Of a stretch of DNA of 64,000 bases, positions 8,216 to 17,159 are shown piece after piece. The notes beneath the pieces were generated by a model, which had not been told where the DNA came from, made no database searches, and worked only from the letters and a program-made list of their open reading frames with translations. Every line of letters begins with the position of its first letter. Positions within the stretch are counted from its first letter, which is position 1. Source of the stretch: an uncultured Planctomycetota bacterium (lineage in GTDB: Bacteria > Planctomycetota > Planctomycetia > Isosphaerales > Isosphaeraceae); assembly GCA_963737655.1 (NCBI GenBank), contig CAVTTN010000002.1, forward strand, positions 1,728,001 through 1,792,000. The letters run 5' to 3'. The position numbers and the translations under genes were made by a program.

Positions 8216-11200
8216 TCAGGGTGCATCGGATGCGCCCGGACCCGGGCCATCCAGGAGCATCAAAGCCCGATCCGCCAGGGCCTCGCCCCCGTGGGTGAAG
8301 ACGTCGTGATGCCTCGCTCCGGGGATCTCGACCAGCTCGACCGGGCCGGCGAACGCGGAGGCCAGGCGCCGGGCGTTCGCGAGCCGGACGATCGGATCGG
8401 CCGTCCCGTGGAGGATCAGGGTCGGGATGCTCAGCTTCGGGGCGAGGTCGATCGGCCGGGGCTCGTGGAGGGAGACGCCGGCCAGGACCTCCGCCCGAGC
8501 CAGGATCGCCCCGGCGAACAGGCCCGGGAGCCTCATCCGGCGGAGCCAGCCCGCCACGGCGGCTCGGAGGTCGGCATAGGGGGCTTCGAGGACGAGGGCC
8601 CCGATCCTCGGGTCGAGCGTCGCCGCCCGGACCGCGATGGCCGCGCCCATCGACCGGCCCCAGACGAGGAGCCGGGGGTCCGGGCCGACCCGATCGCTCA
8701 GGGCGTCGAGCCAGGCGAGCAGGTCGTCGGTCTCCATCCCGCCGAAGCTCGTGAAATGGCCGAGACTTCGGCCCCGTCCCCTCGCGTCGATCACCGCCAC
8801 GTTCAGCCCGCGAGCCGAGAGGGCCTCGGCCCGGTCCCTCATCGAGGATCGGTCCTCGCCGAAGCCGTGGAGGAGGACCGCCGATCGGGCTCCGGGCGTC
8901 CTGGAGCCGAGCCAGGCGCCCGAGAGATGCGTCCCGTCGGCGGCGGTCGCCTCGATCGGCTCCCACGGAGGGGGCTCGGCCTCGGTTCCGGCGAGCCTTC
9001 GGCCCGGCATCACCAGGGTCCACGCCCCCCACTCGATCACGACCAGAGCCAGGCAGAGCACCAGGCCGCCGACCAGCCCGAGGACCACCACGACCGCCGT
9101 CGGGACGATCGGGACGGCCATCGCCGGAGGGGCCGGGGCCGCCGGAGGAGGGTCGAGGAACCCGCCGACGGCCAGGCCGCCGGGGAGGAACCGGACGAGG
9201 ATCGCGCCTCGGAGCCAGGTCCGATCCACGATCGCCCCCCGGCTCGCGACGGCGTCCAAAGTGTCGCGAGAGCCGGCCTTGGGCCGCGGCTGGCTGACGA
9301 TCACCCGCTTCGGCTCGGCCCAGGCGAAGAGCCAGCCCGGGTTGGCGGTCCGGCCTCCGTGGTGAGGGGACAGCATGGCGTCGATCGGGATTTTCGGCCG
9401 GGCGACCAGCTCGGAGAGGCCGGGCCCGTCGAGGTCGCCGGTCAGGAGGAATCGGCGGCCGGAACGGTCCCGGACGTCCAGGACGAGGCTCCGGGCGTTG
9501 TCGGGCGAGCCGGGGAGCCAGCCCGGAGGGGGATGGATCGCCTCGGCCGAGGCCCCTCCGCCCAGATCCACGCGGTCCCCGGCCGAGATCGGGACGACCG
9601 GGACCCTCCGGGCGCGGAGGAGGTCCAGGAGCCGGACCGCCTCCGGGTTCGCCGAGCCTCCGAAACCGGGAGGGATGCGGACTTCGCCGATCGGGATGCG
9701 GTCCAGGAGGTCGGGCAGGGCGTTGAAGTGGTCCGAATCGGCGTGGGAGAGCAGGACCGAATCGATCCGCCGGACCCCCCGGGACCACAGCGCCGGGGCG
9801 ATCACCCGTCGGCCGACCCGGGGGTCGCGCATGGACCCGCAATCATAAAGAGACGTCCGTCCGTCCTCGGCGCGGAGGAGGACGCAGAGGCCGTGATTGA
9901 CGGCCAGGACCTCGGCCTCGAAGGTCTCCGGGAGGCTCGGGACGATCATCGAGCCGGCCGCGCCGAGCGAGACGACCCCCACCGCCGCCCAGGCCCATCG
10001 CCGGCCGCCCCTGCGTCGCCAGGTCATCCAGAGGGCCAGGCCCAGGGCCGCGTAAATCGCCGCGACCCAGCCCACGGCCGGGCCCGGGACGAACGCATGG
10101 CCTCCGGGCAGGTCGGCCCCCCATCGGACGATCGCCAGGGTCCCTTTCAGGAGCGCCGAGCAGCCCCAGGCGAACGGCAGGGCCAGGGGAGGCCAGATCG
10201 CCCCGGCGATCAGGGCCAGGGCGGCGCAGATCAGGGCGGCCGTGGTCATCGGGATCAGCGGAACATTCAAAATAATGCCGATCGGAGAGGCCAGGTGGAA
10301 CCGGAGGGCCGTGATCGGCAGCCCCACCAGCCAGACCACGGCCGAGATCGTCACCCCCTGAGCGGCCAGGGCGGCCGACCGCCGGAGGGCCTTCTTCCAC
10401 CCAGGCTCCAGGCGGCGTTCCAGGGCATCCAAGGCCGCGACGGGGTCTTCCGGGCCGGCCTGGGGGCCGCGATCGTCGGCGGGGGGCTTCAATCGCAGGA
10501 GGGCCAGCACCGGATCGACGGCCCAGACCAGCGCGGCCACCCCGAGGAAGGAGAGCTGGCAACCGGCGTCAAACAGGTGGGCGGGATTGAGGGCCAGGGT
10601 CGCCAGGGCCGCCGCGGCCAGGAGGTTCGCCGGGCGGGAGCAGCGGTCGCACAGGGCCGCCAGGCAGACCACGACGGTCATCGTCGCCGAGCGGACGACC
10701 GAGGGCAGGAGCCCCACCAGGACGGCGTAGCCGATCGTCACCACGGCCACCAGGACCTGCGACTTCTTCCGGCCCAGGCGCAGGGCGGCGCAGGCCGTGA
10801 GCAGGGCCACCGCCATGGCCTGGAGGTGGAGGCCGGAGATCGCCAGCAGGTGAGTCGTGCCGGTCCGGGCGAAGGCGTCGTTGTCGTCGGGATCGACCCC
10901 CTCTCGGCGGCCCAGGAGCAGGGCCGAGGCCAGGGGGGCGACCTCCTCCGGGAGGCCCGAGACCAGGGCCTTGCGGCTCGCCTCGCGGAGGCCGCCGAGC
11001 AGGCGCAGCCCCCAGGAGGGACGGCCCTCCGGGTCGGGCCAGAGGCCGATCGCCTCGCCGACGCTGATCCGGAGCCGGACCCCCTCGGCCCTCGCCCGGT
11101 CCCGGCGGTCGGGCTCGCCCGGGTTCATCGGAGCGGGGATCGCCCCGAGGCTCCCGGCGACGAAGACCGGGTCGCCGGCCCGGAGGTCCGAGCGGTCCCC

Positions 11201-11656
11201 CACGACCGAGACGAAGATCCGTCCCGAGGCCGGCCGCCATCGCGACTGATCGTAGATCGCCGAGATTTTCATGGCCGAGAGGGTCCGGCCGGAGTCGTCG
11301 GGCCGGTCCGAGGGGCGGAACTCGGGGACCTCGGCCAGCACGCCCCGGAGCCAGGCCGGTCGGGGGACCGACCAGTCCCCCCGGGACAGGTCGTCGGCCG
11401 CCAGGTCGGACCAGCGGCGGTGATGCCAGGCCGCGCCCAGGGCCACGAAGGCGACCAGCACGGCCACCGAGCCGATCCGGGCCCGCGACCCGAGCACCGC
11501 CACCCCGGCGGCGACCATCGCGACGGCCGCCGCCGAGGTCGTCGCCGGCGCGAACCCGAGCCGATCCGCGACGACCCCCGAGGCGAAGGCGATCGCCGCC
11601 GGGGCCAGGGGGGCGGCCAGGGCGACCGGGCGTCTCTCGGGCGTCGGGCGGCTCAT
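8216..11656 (-). CDS. comEC: ComEC/Rec2 competence protein fused to C-terminal alpha/beta-hydrolase
   Basis: TGTTHLLAISGLH (Competence domain); SHADSDH and PHHG (metallo-beta-lactamase); then LLHGFG, GRSMG, HGTAD and GARH (hydrolase). Confidence 0.88.
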   Translation of the reverse strand: MSRPTPERRPVALAAPLAPAAIAFASGVVADRLGFAPATTSAAAVAMVAAGVAVLGSRARIGSVAVLVAFVALGAAWHHRRWSDLAADDLSRGDWSVPRPAWLRGVLAEVPEFRPSDRPDDSGRTLSAMKISAIYDQSRWRPASGRIFVSVVGDRSDLRAGDPVFVAGSLGAIPAPMNPGEPDRRDRARAEGVRLRISVGEAIGLWPDPEGRPSWGLRLLGGLREASRKALVSGLPEEVAPLASALLLGRREGVDPDDNDAFARTGTTHLLAISGLHLQAMAVALLTACAALRLGRKKSQVLVAVVTIGYAVLVGLLPSVVRSATMTVVVCLAALCDRCSRPANLLAAAALATLALNPAHLFDAGCQLSFLGVAALVWAVDPVLALLRLKPPADDRGPQAGPEDPVAALDALERRLEPGWKKALRRSAALAAQGVTISAVVWLVGLPITALRFHLASPIGIILNVPLIPMTTAALICAALALIAGAIWPPLALPFAWGCSALLKGTLAIVRWGADLPGGHAFVPGPAVGWVAAIYAALGLALWMTWRRRGGRRWAWAAVGVVSLGAAGSMIVPSLPETFEAEVLAVNHGLCVLLRAEDGRTSLYDCGSMRDPRVGRRVIAPALWSRGVRRIDSVLLSHADSDHFNALPDLLDRIPIGEVRIPPGFGGSANPEAVRLLDLLRARRVPVVPISAGDRVDLGGGASAEAIHPPPGWLPGSPDNARSLVLDVRDRSGRRFLLTGDLDGPGLSELVARPKIPIDAMLSPHHGGRTANPGWLFAWAEPKRVIVSQPRPKAGSRDTLDAVASRGAIVDRTWLRGAILVRFLPGGLAVGGFLDPPPAAPAPPAMAVPIVPTAVVVVLGLVGGLVLCLALVVIEWGAWTLVMPGRRLAGTEAEPPPWEPIEATAADGTHLSGAWLGSRTPGARSAVLLHGFGEDRSSMRDRAEALSARGLNVAVIDARGRGRSLGHFTSFGGMETDDLLAWLDALSDRVGPDPRLLVWGRSMGAAIAVRAATLDPRIGALVLEAPYADLRAAVAGWLRRMRLPGLFAGAILARAEVLAGVSLHEPRPIDLAPKLSIPTLILHGTADPIVRLANARRLASAFAGPVELVEIPGARHHDVFTHGGEALADRALMLLDGPGPGASDAP

Positions 11657-11849
11657 GGGCGGATCGCGGCTCCTCGGATTCCTCGCCTTCGCCCTCGCCA
11701 CGTCGCGACGGGCCGGATGAGCATAACATCGGCCGCCCCCGGGTCGAACCCGCCGCCCCTCGAATCCCCTCGCCCGACTTCGTGCCGTCGGTTATGTTCG
11801 AGCCGGGCGGGAGCGACTTTCCAGGACCGGAGCGACGGACATGAACGCG

Positions 11850-12413
11850 ATGGCGACCACCGATCTGATCCTCACGCCCGACGACCTCCTGGCCCTGCCC
11901 GAGGGGGACCGCTTCGAGCTCGTCGATGGCCACCTGGTGGAGCTTCACGTGAGCGCGTTATCCAGCCTGGTGGCGTTGGAACTGGGCAGCCAGTTGCGAA
12001 ATCACTCCCGGATGGGCGATCTCGGCTGGATTTTTGGGCCCGACCTGGGCTATCGCTTCTTCCCCGATCGTCCGTCCAAGGTCCGCAAGCCGGACGTTTC
12101 CTTCATCCGTCGCGATCGGCTGGCGGTCGAGGCTCTGGCGGAAGGTTACGTCACGATTGCTCCGGATTTGATCGTCGAGGTGGTCTCGCCCAACGACGAG
12201 GCGGAGGAGCTCGAGGGGAAGATTGTCGAATATCTCGACGCCGGAGTGGGGCTGGTCTGGGTGGTTTATCCGACGACCCGGACGGCCTACGCGATCCGAC
12301 GGGACGGCTCAGCCTCTCGGCTGGGCCCGGGGGACGAGCTGGACGGGGGGGACGTCCTGCCGGGATTCCATTGTCGCCTGGGCGACCTGTTCCCGACGAT
12401 CCCCGCCCGGTAA
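11850..12413 (+). CDS. Uma2-family (DUF820) endonuclease-like protein
   Basis: RFELVDGHLVE, VRKPDVSF, APDLIVEVVSP, YLDAGVGLVWVVYP. Confidence 0.9.
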   Translation: MATTDLILTPDDLLALPEGDRFELVDGHLVELHVSALSSLVALELGSQLRNHSRMGDLGWIFGPDLGYRFFPDRPSKVRKPDVSFIRRDRLAVEALAEGYVTIAPDLIVEVVSPNDEAEELEGKIVEYLDAGVGLVWVVYPTTRTAYAIRRDGSASRLGPGDELDGGDVLPGFHCRLGDLFPTIPAR

Positions 12414-12418
12414 CGCGA

Positions 12419-12464
12419 TCGGCCCCGCGACCGCCGGCCTGACGGGGCCGGGTCGCGGGGCCGA
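12419..12464. terminator. Hairpin between convergent genes
   Basis: 14-bp inverted repeat TCGGCCCCGCGACC / GGTCGCGGGGCCGA. Confidence 0.45.
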
Positions 12465-12488
12465 AGAAGGGTTCGCCGGCCGGATGGC

Positions 12489-13472
12489 TCAGAAGACGAT
12501 GGTCGGCGGCGGCCAGGTGGTGGCCGGCTGCGAGGGGACGCCGCCTCCGCCGGAAGGGCTGGTGGTTACCGGGCTTCCGCCTCCGGGATAGCCGCCTCCC
12601 GGGTAGCCGGGGCCGGGCACGAGGCCCGGAGCGGTCGGCGTGGTCCCCGGGTTGGTCGTCGGCGTGCCCCCGCCCGGATAGCTCGGGGTCGGCGTGCTCG
12701 GGCTGGTCGTGGGCGAGCCGCCCGAGCCGCTGGGCTGGGTCGTCGGCGAGCCGGGCGAGGGATAGCCCGGGCCGGGCGAGGCCGGGCCGGTCGTCGGCGA
12801 GCCGGCGCCCGGGTAGCCGGGGCCCGTCGAGCCCCCTCCGGCCGAAGGATTGGTCGTCGGCGTCCCGGCTCCCGGGTAGCCCGGGCTGGGGTGGCCCGGC
12901 GTGGGATAGCCGGTGCTCGGCGACATCCCGGGAGTGGTCGGCGTCCCGGCTCCCGGATAGCCGGTCGAGGGCGATCCCGGCGTGGGATAGCCCGTGCTGG
13001 GCGACATCCCGGGGGTCGTCGGCGTCCCGGCGCCGGGATAGCCCGGGCTGGGGTGGCCCGGCGTGGGGTATCCGGTGCTGGGGGACATGCCCGGGGTCGT
13101 CGGCGTCCCGGCTCCCGGGTAACCCGGCGGGGTGGTTCCGGGGGTCGGATAGCCCGTGCTCGGCGACATCCCGGGGGTCGTCGGCGTCCCGGCTCCCGGA
13201 TATCCCGGCGGGGTGGTTCCCGGCGTGGGGTATCCGGTGCTGGGGGACATGCCCGGGGTCGTCGGCGTCCCGGCTCCCGGGTAACCCGGCGGGGTGGTTC
13301 CGGGGGTCGGATAGCCCGTGCTGGGGGACATCCCCGGGTTGGTTGTCGGCGAGCTCCCACCGGGGTAGCCCGTCGAGCTTGGCTTGGTGGGCGTCTGGCC
13401 CAGGGCCGAGACCGCCGGCGCCAGGGCCAGGCCCAGCGCGGCAGGCAGTGCCAGCAGCGTCTTGCGCGACAT
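12489..13472 (-). CDS. Secreted Pro/Gly/Thr/Tyr-rich tandem-repeat protein
   Basis: Signal peptide MSRKTLLALPAALGLALAPAVSALG; the repeats vary mostly at synonymous positions, supporting this frame. Confidence 0.8.
   Translation of the reverse strand: MSRKTLLALPAALGLALAPAVSALGQTPTKPSSTGYPGGSSPTTNPGMSPSTGYPTPGTTPPGYPGAGTPTTPGMSPSTGYPTPGTTPPGYPGAGTPTTPGMSPSTGYPTPGTTPPGYPGAGTPTTPGMSPSTGYPTPGHPSPGYPGAGTPTTPGMSPSTGYPTPGSPSTGYPGAGTPTTPGMSPSTGYPTPGHPSPGYPGAGTPTTNPSAGGGSTGPGYPGAGSPTTGPASPGPGYPSPGSPTTQPSGSGGSPTTSPSTPTPSYPGGGTPTTNPGTTPTAPGLVPGPGYPGGGYPGGGSPVTTSPSGGGGVPSQPATTWPPPTIVF
12852..13337 (-). repeat. Six 81-bp (27-aa) coding tandem repeats
   Basis: PGMSPSTGYPTPG(TTPP/HPSP/SPST)GYPGAGTPTT x6. 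Confidence 0.9.
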
Positions 13473-13729
13473 GATCCTGCTCCGTCGATGAGACCGATTG
13501 GGACGAGCCGGCGGGGTGCCGACCCATCTCAGTCCGCGCAACCACGACCGTTCTGAACGATCCGAATCGAAATCGATGGCGAGGGGCCGAGAATCCGCCG
13601 GGTGATTGCCGGGACGCTCGGATGGATGGAATATTAGATCGGCGAGAAGTCGGCCGCAATAGAATTCTTGGATTTTTTGGGTTCGGATCGTGCCGGACTG
13701 TCCCGACGATCCCAGGGAAAGGCCCCACG

Positions 13730-14761
13730 ATGCTCGAAATCACCGCCGAGACGGCCGCCGAGTACCTCGAAACGACCGGCCGGGCCGCTCCAGGCACCGT
13801 CGTCGGCGGGCCCCTGGGCGGAGGGGTCTCCAACGTGGTCGTCCGGGTGGACGTGGAGGGCGCCCCGCCGATCGTCCTGAAGCAGTCGCGGGTCCGGCTC
13901 CGGACGGCCGCCCTCTGGGAGAGCCGCCTGGACCGGATCTGGATCGAGGCCGACGCCCTGGACCTCCTCGGCTCGGTCCTGCCCGAGGGGGCCGTCCCCA
14001 AAGTGTTGTTCCGCGACGGGCCCAATTACCTCTTCGCCATGACCCACGCCCCTCTCGGCTCGGTCGTGTGGAAGGAATGGCTCCTGGCCGGCGAGCCCCG
14101 GCCCGAGGATCGCCTCCGCGTCGCCCGGATGGCCGGGGATCTCCTGGCGGCGATCCATCGCGGGACCGCCGGGCACCCGGCGCTCCTCGGCCGGCTGGCC
14201 GACCTTTCGGTCTTCGACGATTTGAGGCTCGACCCGTTCTTCCGGGCCTGCGCCCGGAGCCATCCCGACCTCGCCCCCCGGCTCGATTCCCTGATCGCGT
14301 CGCTCCGGTCGCCGGCCGACCGGGCTTTGGTCCATGCCGACTTCAGCCCGAAGAACCTCCTGATCCACCCGGACTTCGCCGGGATCACGGCCGTGGACTT
14401 CGAGACGGCCCATGCCGGCGACCCGGCGTTCGACCTGGGCTTCGTCGTCAGCCACCTCCTCTTGAAGGCGATCCGCCGGGCGCCCGACCCCTCGGGGATC
14501 GAGGACGTCCGGGCCGTGGCCGACGCCTACCTCGACAGTATCGGCGCCGAGGCCGGCGGCGATCGCCTGATCCGGGCCGTCCCGGTCGCGGCGGCCTGCG
14601 TCCTGGCCCGAATCGACGGCAAGAGCCCCGTCGATTACCTCGACGCCCCCCGCCGGGACCTCGCCCGCCGCTTCGCCCGGCATGCGCTGCTGGATCCGCC
14701 TTTGGGCCTCCCCGCGTTCCTCGACCGGGCGGCGCGAGACGTGCAAACCTTCACGATTTAG
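13730..14761 (+). CDS. APH/methylthioribose-kinase-like phosphotransferase
   Basis: LGGGVSNVV, VLKQ, LVHADFSPKNLL, VDFETAHAGDPAFD, ARIDGKSPVDYL. Confidence 0.85.
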   Translation: MLEITAETAAEYLETTGRAAPGTVVGGPLGGGVSNVVVRVDVEGAPPIVLKQSRVRLRTAALWESRLDRIWIEADALDLLGSVLPEGAVPKVLFRDGPNYLFAMTHAPLGSVVWKEWLLAGEPRPEDRLRVARMAGDLLAAIHRGTAGHPALLGRLADLSVFDDLRLDPFFRACARSHPDLAPRLDSLIASLRSPADRALVHADFSPKNLLIHPDFAGITAVDFETAHAGDPAFDLGFVVSHLLLKAIRRAPDPSGIEDVRAVADAYLDSIGAEAGGDRLIRAVPVAAACVLARIDGKSPVDYLDAPRRDLARRFARHALLDPPLGLPAFLDRAARDVQTFTI

Positions 14762-14810
14762 GATCGATGCGAACGATCACCCCTCCGCCCCGACGACAGA
14801 GGCCCTCGCC

Positions 14811-16127
14811 GTGCCCAAGCTTGCGCATTTGATTGCCCGGGAGGTCCTCGATTCGCGGGGCAAGCCGACCGTCGAGGTCGAGGCCATCGGCTCCGACGGG
14901 GCCCGAGGCCGGGCGATCGTCCCTTCCGGCGCCAGCACCGGCCGCCACGAGGCCGTCGAACTCCGCGACGGCGACCCCAGGCGCCACTCCGGTCGGGGCG
15001 TGTTGACGGCCGTGGCGAACGTCGTCGGCGAGATCGCCCGGGACGTGGTCGGCCTCGACCCCGACGATCAGTTCTCGCTGGACGCCCGCTTGATCGCCCT
15101 GGACGGCTCGCCCGACAAGTCCCGGCTCGGCGGCAACGCCCTGCTGGGCGTCTCGATGGCCTCGGCCTGCCTGGCGGCGGCGTCCCGGGGCGAGGAATTG
15201 TATGTTCACCTGAACCGGCTCTGGAACGACCGATCCGGGAGGCCCGTCGAGCCGAGCCTGCCCCTGCCGATGGTCAACATGATCTCCGGAGGGCTCCACG
15301 CCGGGCGGAACCTGGATTTCCAGGACTTCTTGATGGTCCCCGTCGGCGCCTCGACCTACTCCCGGGCGTTGGAGATGGCCGCCGACGTGTATCATTGCCT
15401 CTGGAAGGTCCTGAAGGATTACGGCGAGGAGCATCTCCTCGTGGCCGACGAGGGCGGGTACGGGCCCCGCCTCCGCGCCGAGTCCCACGCGGTGGATCGC
15501 ATCCTGGAGGCCGCGATGGCCTGCCATTTCCGGCTCGGCGACGACGTGGCGGTGGCCCTGGACGTGGCCTCGTCCCACTTCTTCGATCCCGCGACCGGCC
15601 GATACACCATGGCCGCCTCCGACGAGGTCCTCGACGCCCCCGGGATGGTCGCCAAGCTCGTCCACTGGGCCGGCCAGTTCCCGATCGTCTCGATCGAGGA
15701 CGGCCTCTCCGAGGACGACTGGGACGGCTGGATCGACCTTTCGAGCAAGCTCGGCGACACCATCCAGCTCATCGGCGATGACCTCTTCGCCACCAACGCG
15801 GGGCGGATCAGGGAAGGGATCTCACGGCACGCGGCGAATGCGGTGTTGATCAAATTGAACCAGGCCGGGACGCTCACCGAGACCCTCGACGCGATGGCCG
15901 AGGCGCGCCGGGGCGGATATCGGACGATCGTCTCGGCCCGGTCGGGCGAGACGGAAGATACGTTCCTGGCCGATCTGGCCGTCGGGACGGCCGCCGGCCA
16001 GGTCAAGATCGGGTCGATGGCCCGGTCCGAGAGGCTGGCGAAGTACAACCGCCTGCTCCGGATCGAGGAGCACCTCGGCCCCTCCGCCCGGTTCGCCGGC
16101 CGGTCCGCCCTCGCCGCCTCCCCCTGA
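14811..16127 (+). CDS. eno: Enolase-family protein (divergent paralogue)
   Basis: REVLDSRGKPTVE, VPSGASTG, DEGG, SIEDG, GDDLF, LIKLNQ, RSGETED, RSERLAKYNRLLRIEE. Confidence 0.9.
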   Translation: MPKLAHLIAREVLDSRGKPTVEVEAIGSDGARGRAIVPSGASTGRHEAVELRDGDPRRHSGRGVLTAVANVVGEIARDVVGLDPDDQFSLDARLIALDGSPDKSRLGGNALLGVSMASACLAAASRGEELYVHLNRLWNDRSGRPVEPSLPLPMVNMISGGLHAGRNLDFQDFLMVPVGASTYSRALEMAADVYHCLWKVLKDYGEEHLLVADEGGYGPRLRAESHAVDRILEAAMACHFRLGDDVAVALDVASSHFFDPATGRYTMAASDEVLDAPGMVAKLVHWAGQFPIVSIEDGLSEDDWDGWIDLSSKLGDTIQLIGDDLFATNAGRIREGISRHAANAVLIKLNQAGTLTETLDAMAEARRGGYRTIVSARSGETEDTFLADLAVGTAAGQVKIGSMARSERLAKYNRLLRIEEHLGPSARFAGRSALAASP

Positions 16128-16521
16128 CTCGCGCCGCCTTCCCAGTCCAGACCATCGGGGCCGACCCCCCCGGGCGATCGCATAATCCGTCGGATCGCGC
16201 CGTGAGCTTTTGTCGGTTTCTCGATGTGCGAGCGGGGACGCGTCCCGCCCTCCGGACGCCCTGTCTCCCATGAGGTCCGGCCGGACGGCTTCTCGAAGGG
16301 GAGGGTCCGACCCGGCTTGCGGCGGATGGATCGATGCGTTGACTCGTGGAAAAACGTCGATATCAAGGGCCTTGCGCGAGCAAGTGGCACACCGTAACCC
16401 CTCGGAGGGCATGGGGTTCGGGCGTTCTTGCGCGAAAAGTGTAGTCAACTTTCGGTTTTTTAAAAAATTGCATGGATTCTTGATATTGAGAGATTCAATT
16501 TCGAAGATCATGGCATTCTTC

Positions 16522-16582
16522 GTAGGGCAGGCCTCGGCCTGCCGTCCCCGGGTCCGACCCGGCAGGCCGAGGCCCGCCCTAC
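16522..16582. repeat. REP doublet, family C (GTAGGGCAGGCCTCGGCCTGCC)
   Basis: Inverted pair at 16522-16543 and 16561-16582. Confidence 0.75.
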
Positions 16583-16643
16583 CCCAATCCCCCACCCTTC
16601 GCGACCGGAAAATCTCCCACTCCGCGACTTCTCGAATCGGCCC

Positions 16644-16693
16644 TTGACTTCTCAGACATGGCGTCTTACCATCGGATATCAGACAAGCCGTCT
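16644..16693 (+). promoter_or_regulatory. Sigma70 promoter with two palindromic operators for the blaI operon
   Basis: TTGACT (16644-16649), 17-bp spacer, TACCAT (16667-16672). AGAC-N5-GTCT at 16654-16666 and 16681-16693. Confidence 0.75.
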
Positions 16694-16725
16694 TGATTCC
16701 GAGTCGATCGAAGGAGGGCCGGGGC

Positions 16726-17147
16726 ATGGCCAGGCCGAGCCGGGACGTGACCGAGGCGGAATTGAGCGTCCTGAGGACGCTCTGGGACCGGGGCCCGCCC
16801 CGATCCGTTCGATCACCGAGGCGATCTATCCCGAGGGGGGCGCGTCGCGATACGCGACCGTCCAGAAGCTCCTGGAACGGCTGGAGGCGAAGGGGTGCGT
16901 GGCCCGCGACCGATCGAGTTCGGTCCACGTGTTCTCCCCCCTGATCGAGAAGGACGACCTGATCGGCCGGAGGCTCCAGGACGTGGCCGAGACCCTGTGC
17001 GACGGCTCGCTGACACCGTTATTGACGCACCTGGTGACGGCCGAGCCCCTGTCTCGGGCGGATCGCGAGGCGCTCCGGGCGCTGATCGACCGGCTGGACG
17101 GCGAGGCGAGGGACGCATCGAAGGCAAACCGCGCCCGGACGGGCTGA
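16726..17147 (+). CDS. BlaI/MecI/CopY repressor (apparent 1-bp frameshift near 16797)
   Basis: DVTEAELSVLRTLWDRGP in one frame continues as IRSITEAIYP...YATVQKLLERLEAKG in another. Confidence 0.8.
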
Positions 17148-17159
17148 AAGGGGGCCGCG

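Noticed and set aside
8102..12442. 1446-aa plus-strand ORF and other long Arg/Gly/Pro-rich ORFs (e.g. 17019-20201, 44172-46811)
   Set aside because: Antisense or alternate-frame shadows of real genes in very high-GC DNA; no motifs.
12852..13337. Possible CRISPR array
   Set aside because: Contiguous in-frame coding repeats without unique spacers; no cas genes.
16200..16510. AT-rich intergenic patch as ncRNA or origin
   Set aside because: No recognisable tRNA, riboswitch or DnaA-box pattern.
16726..17147. Programmed frameshifting or phase variation in blaI and other shifted genes
   Set aside because: No slippery heptamers or long homopolymers; sequencing error is more parsimonious.
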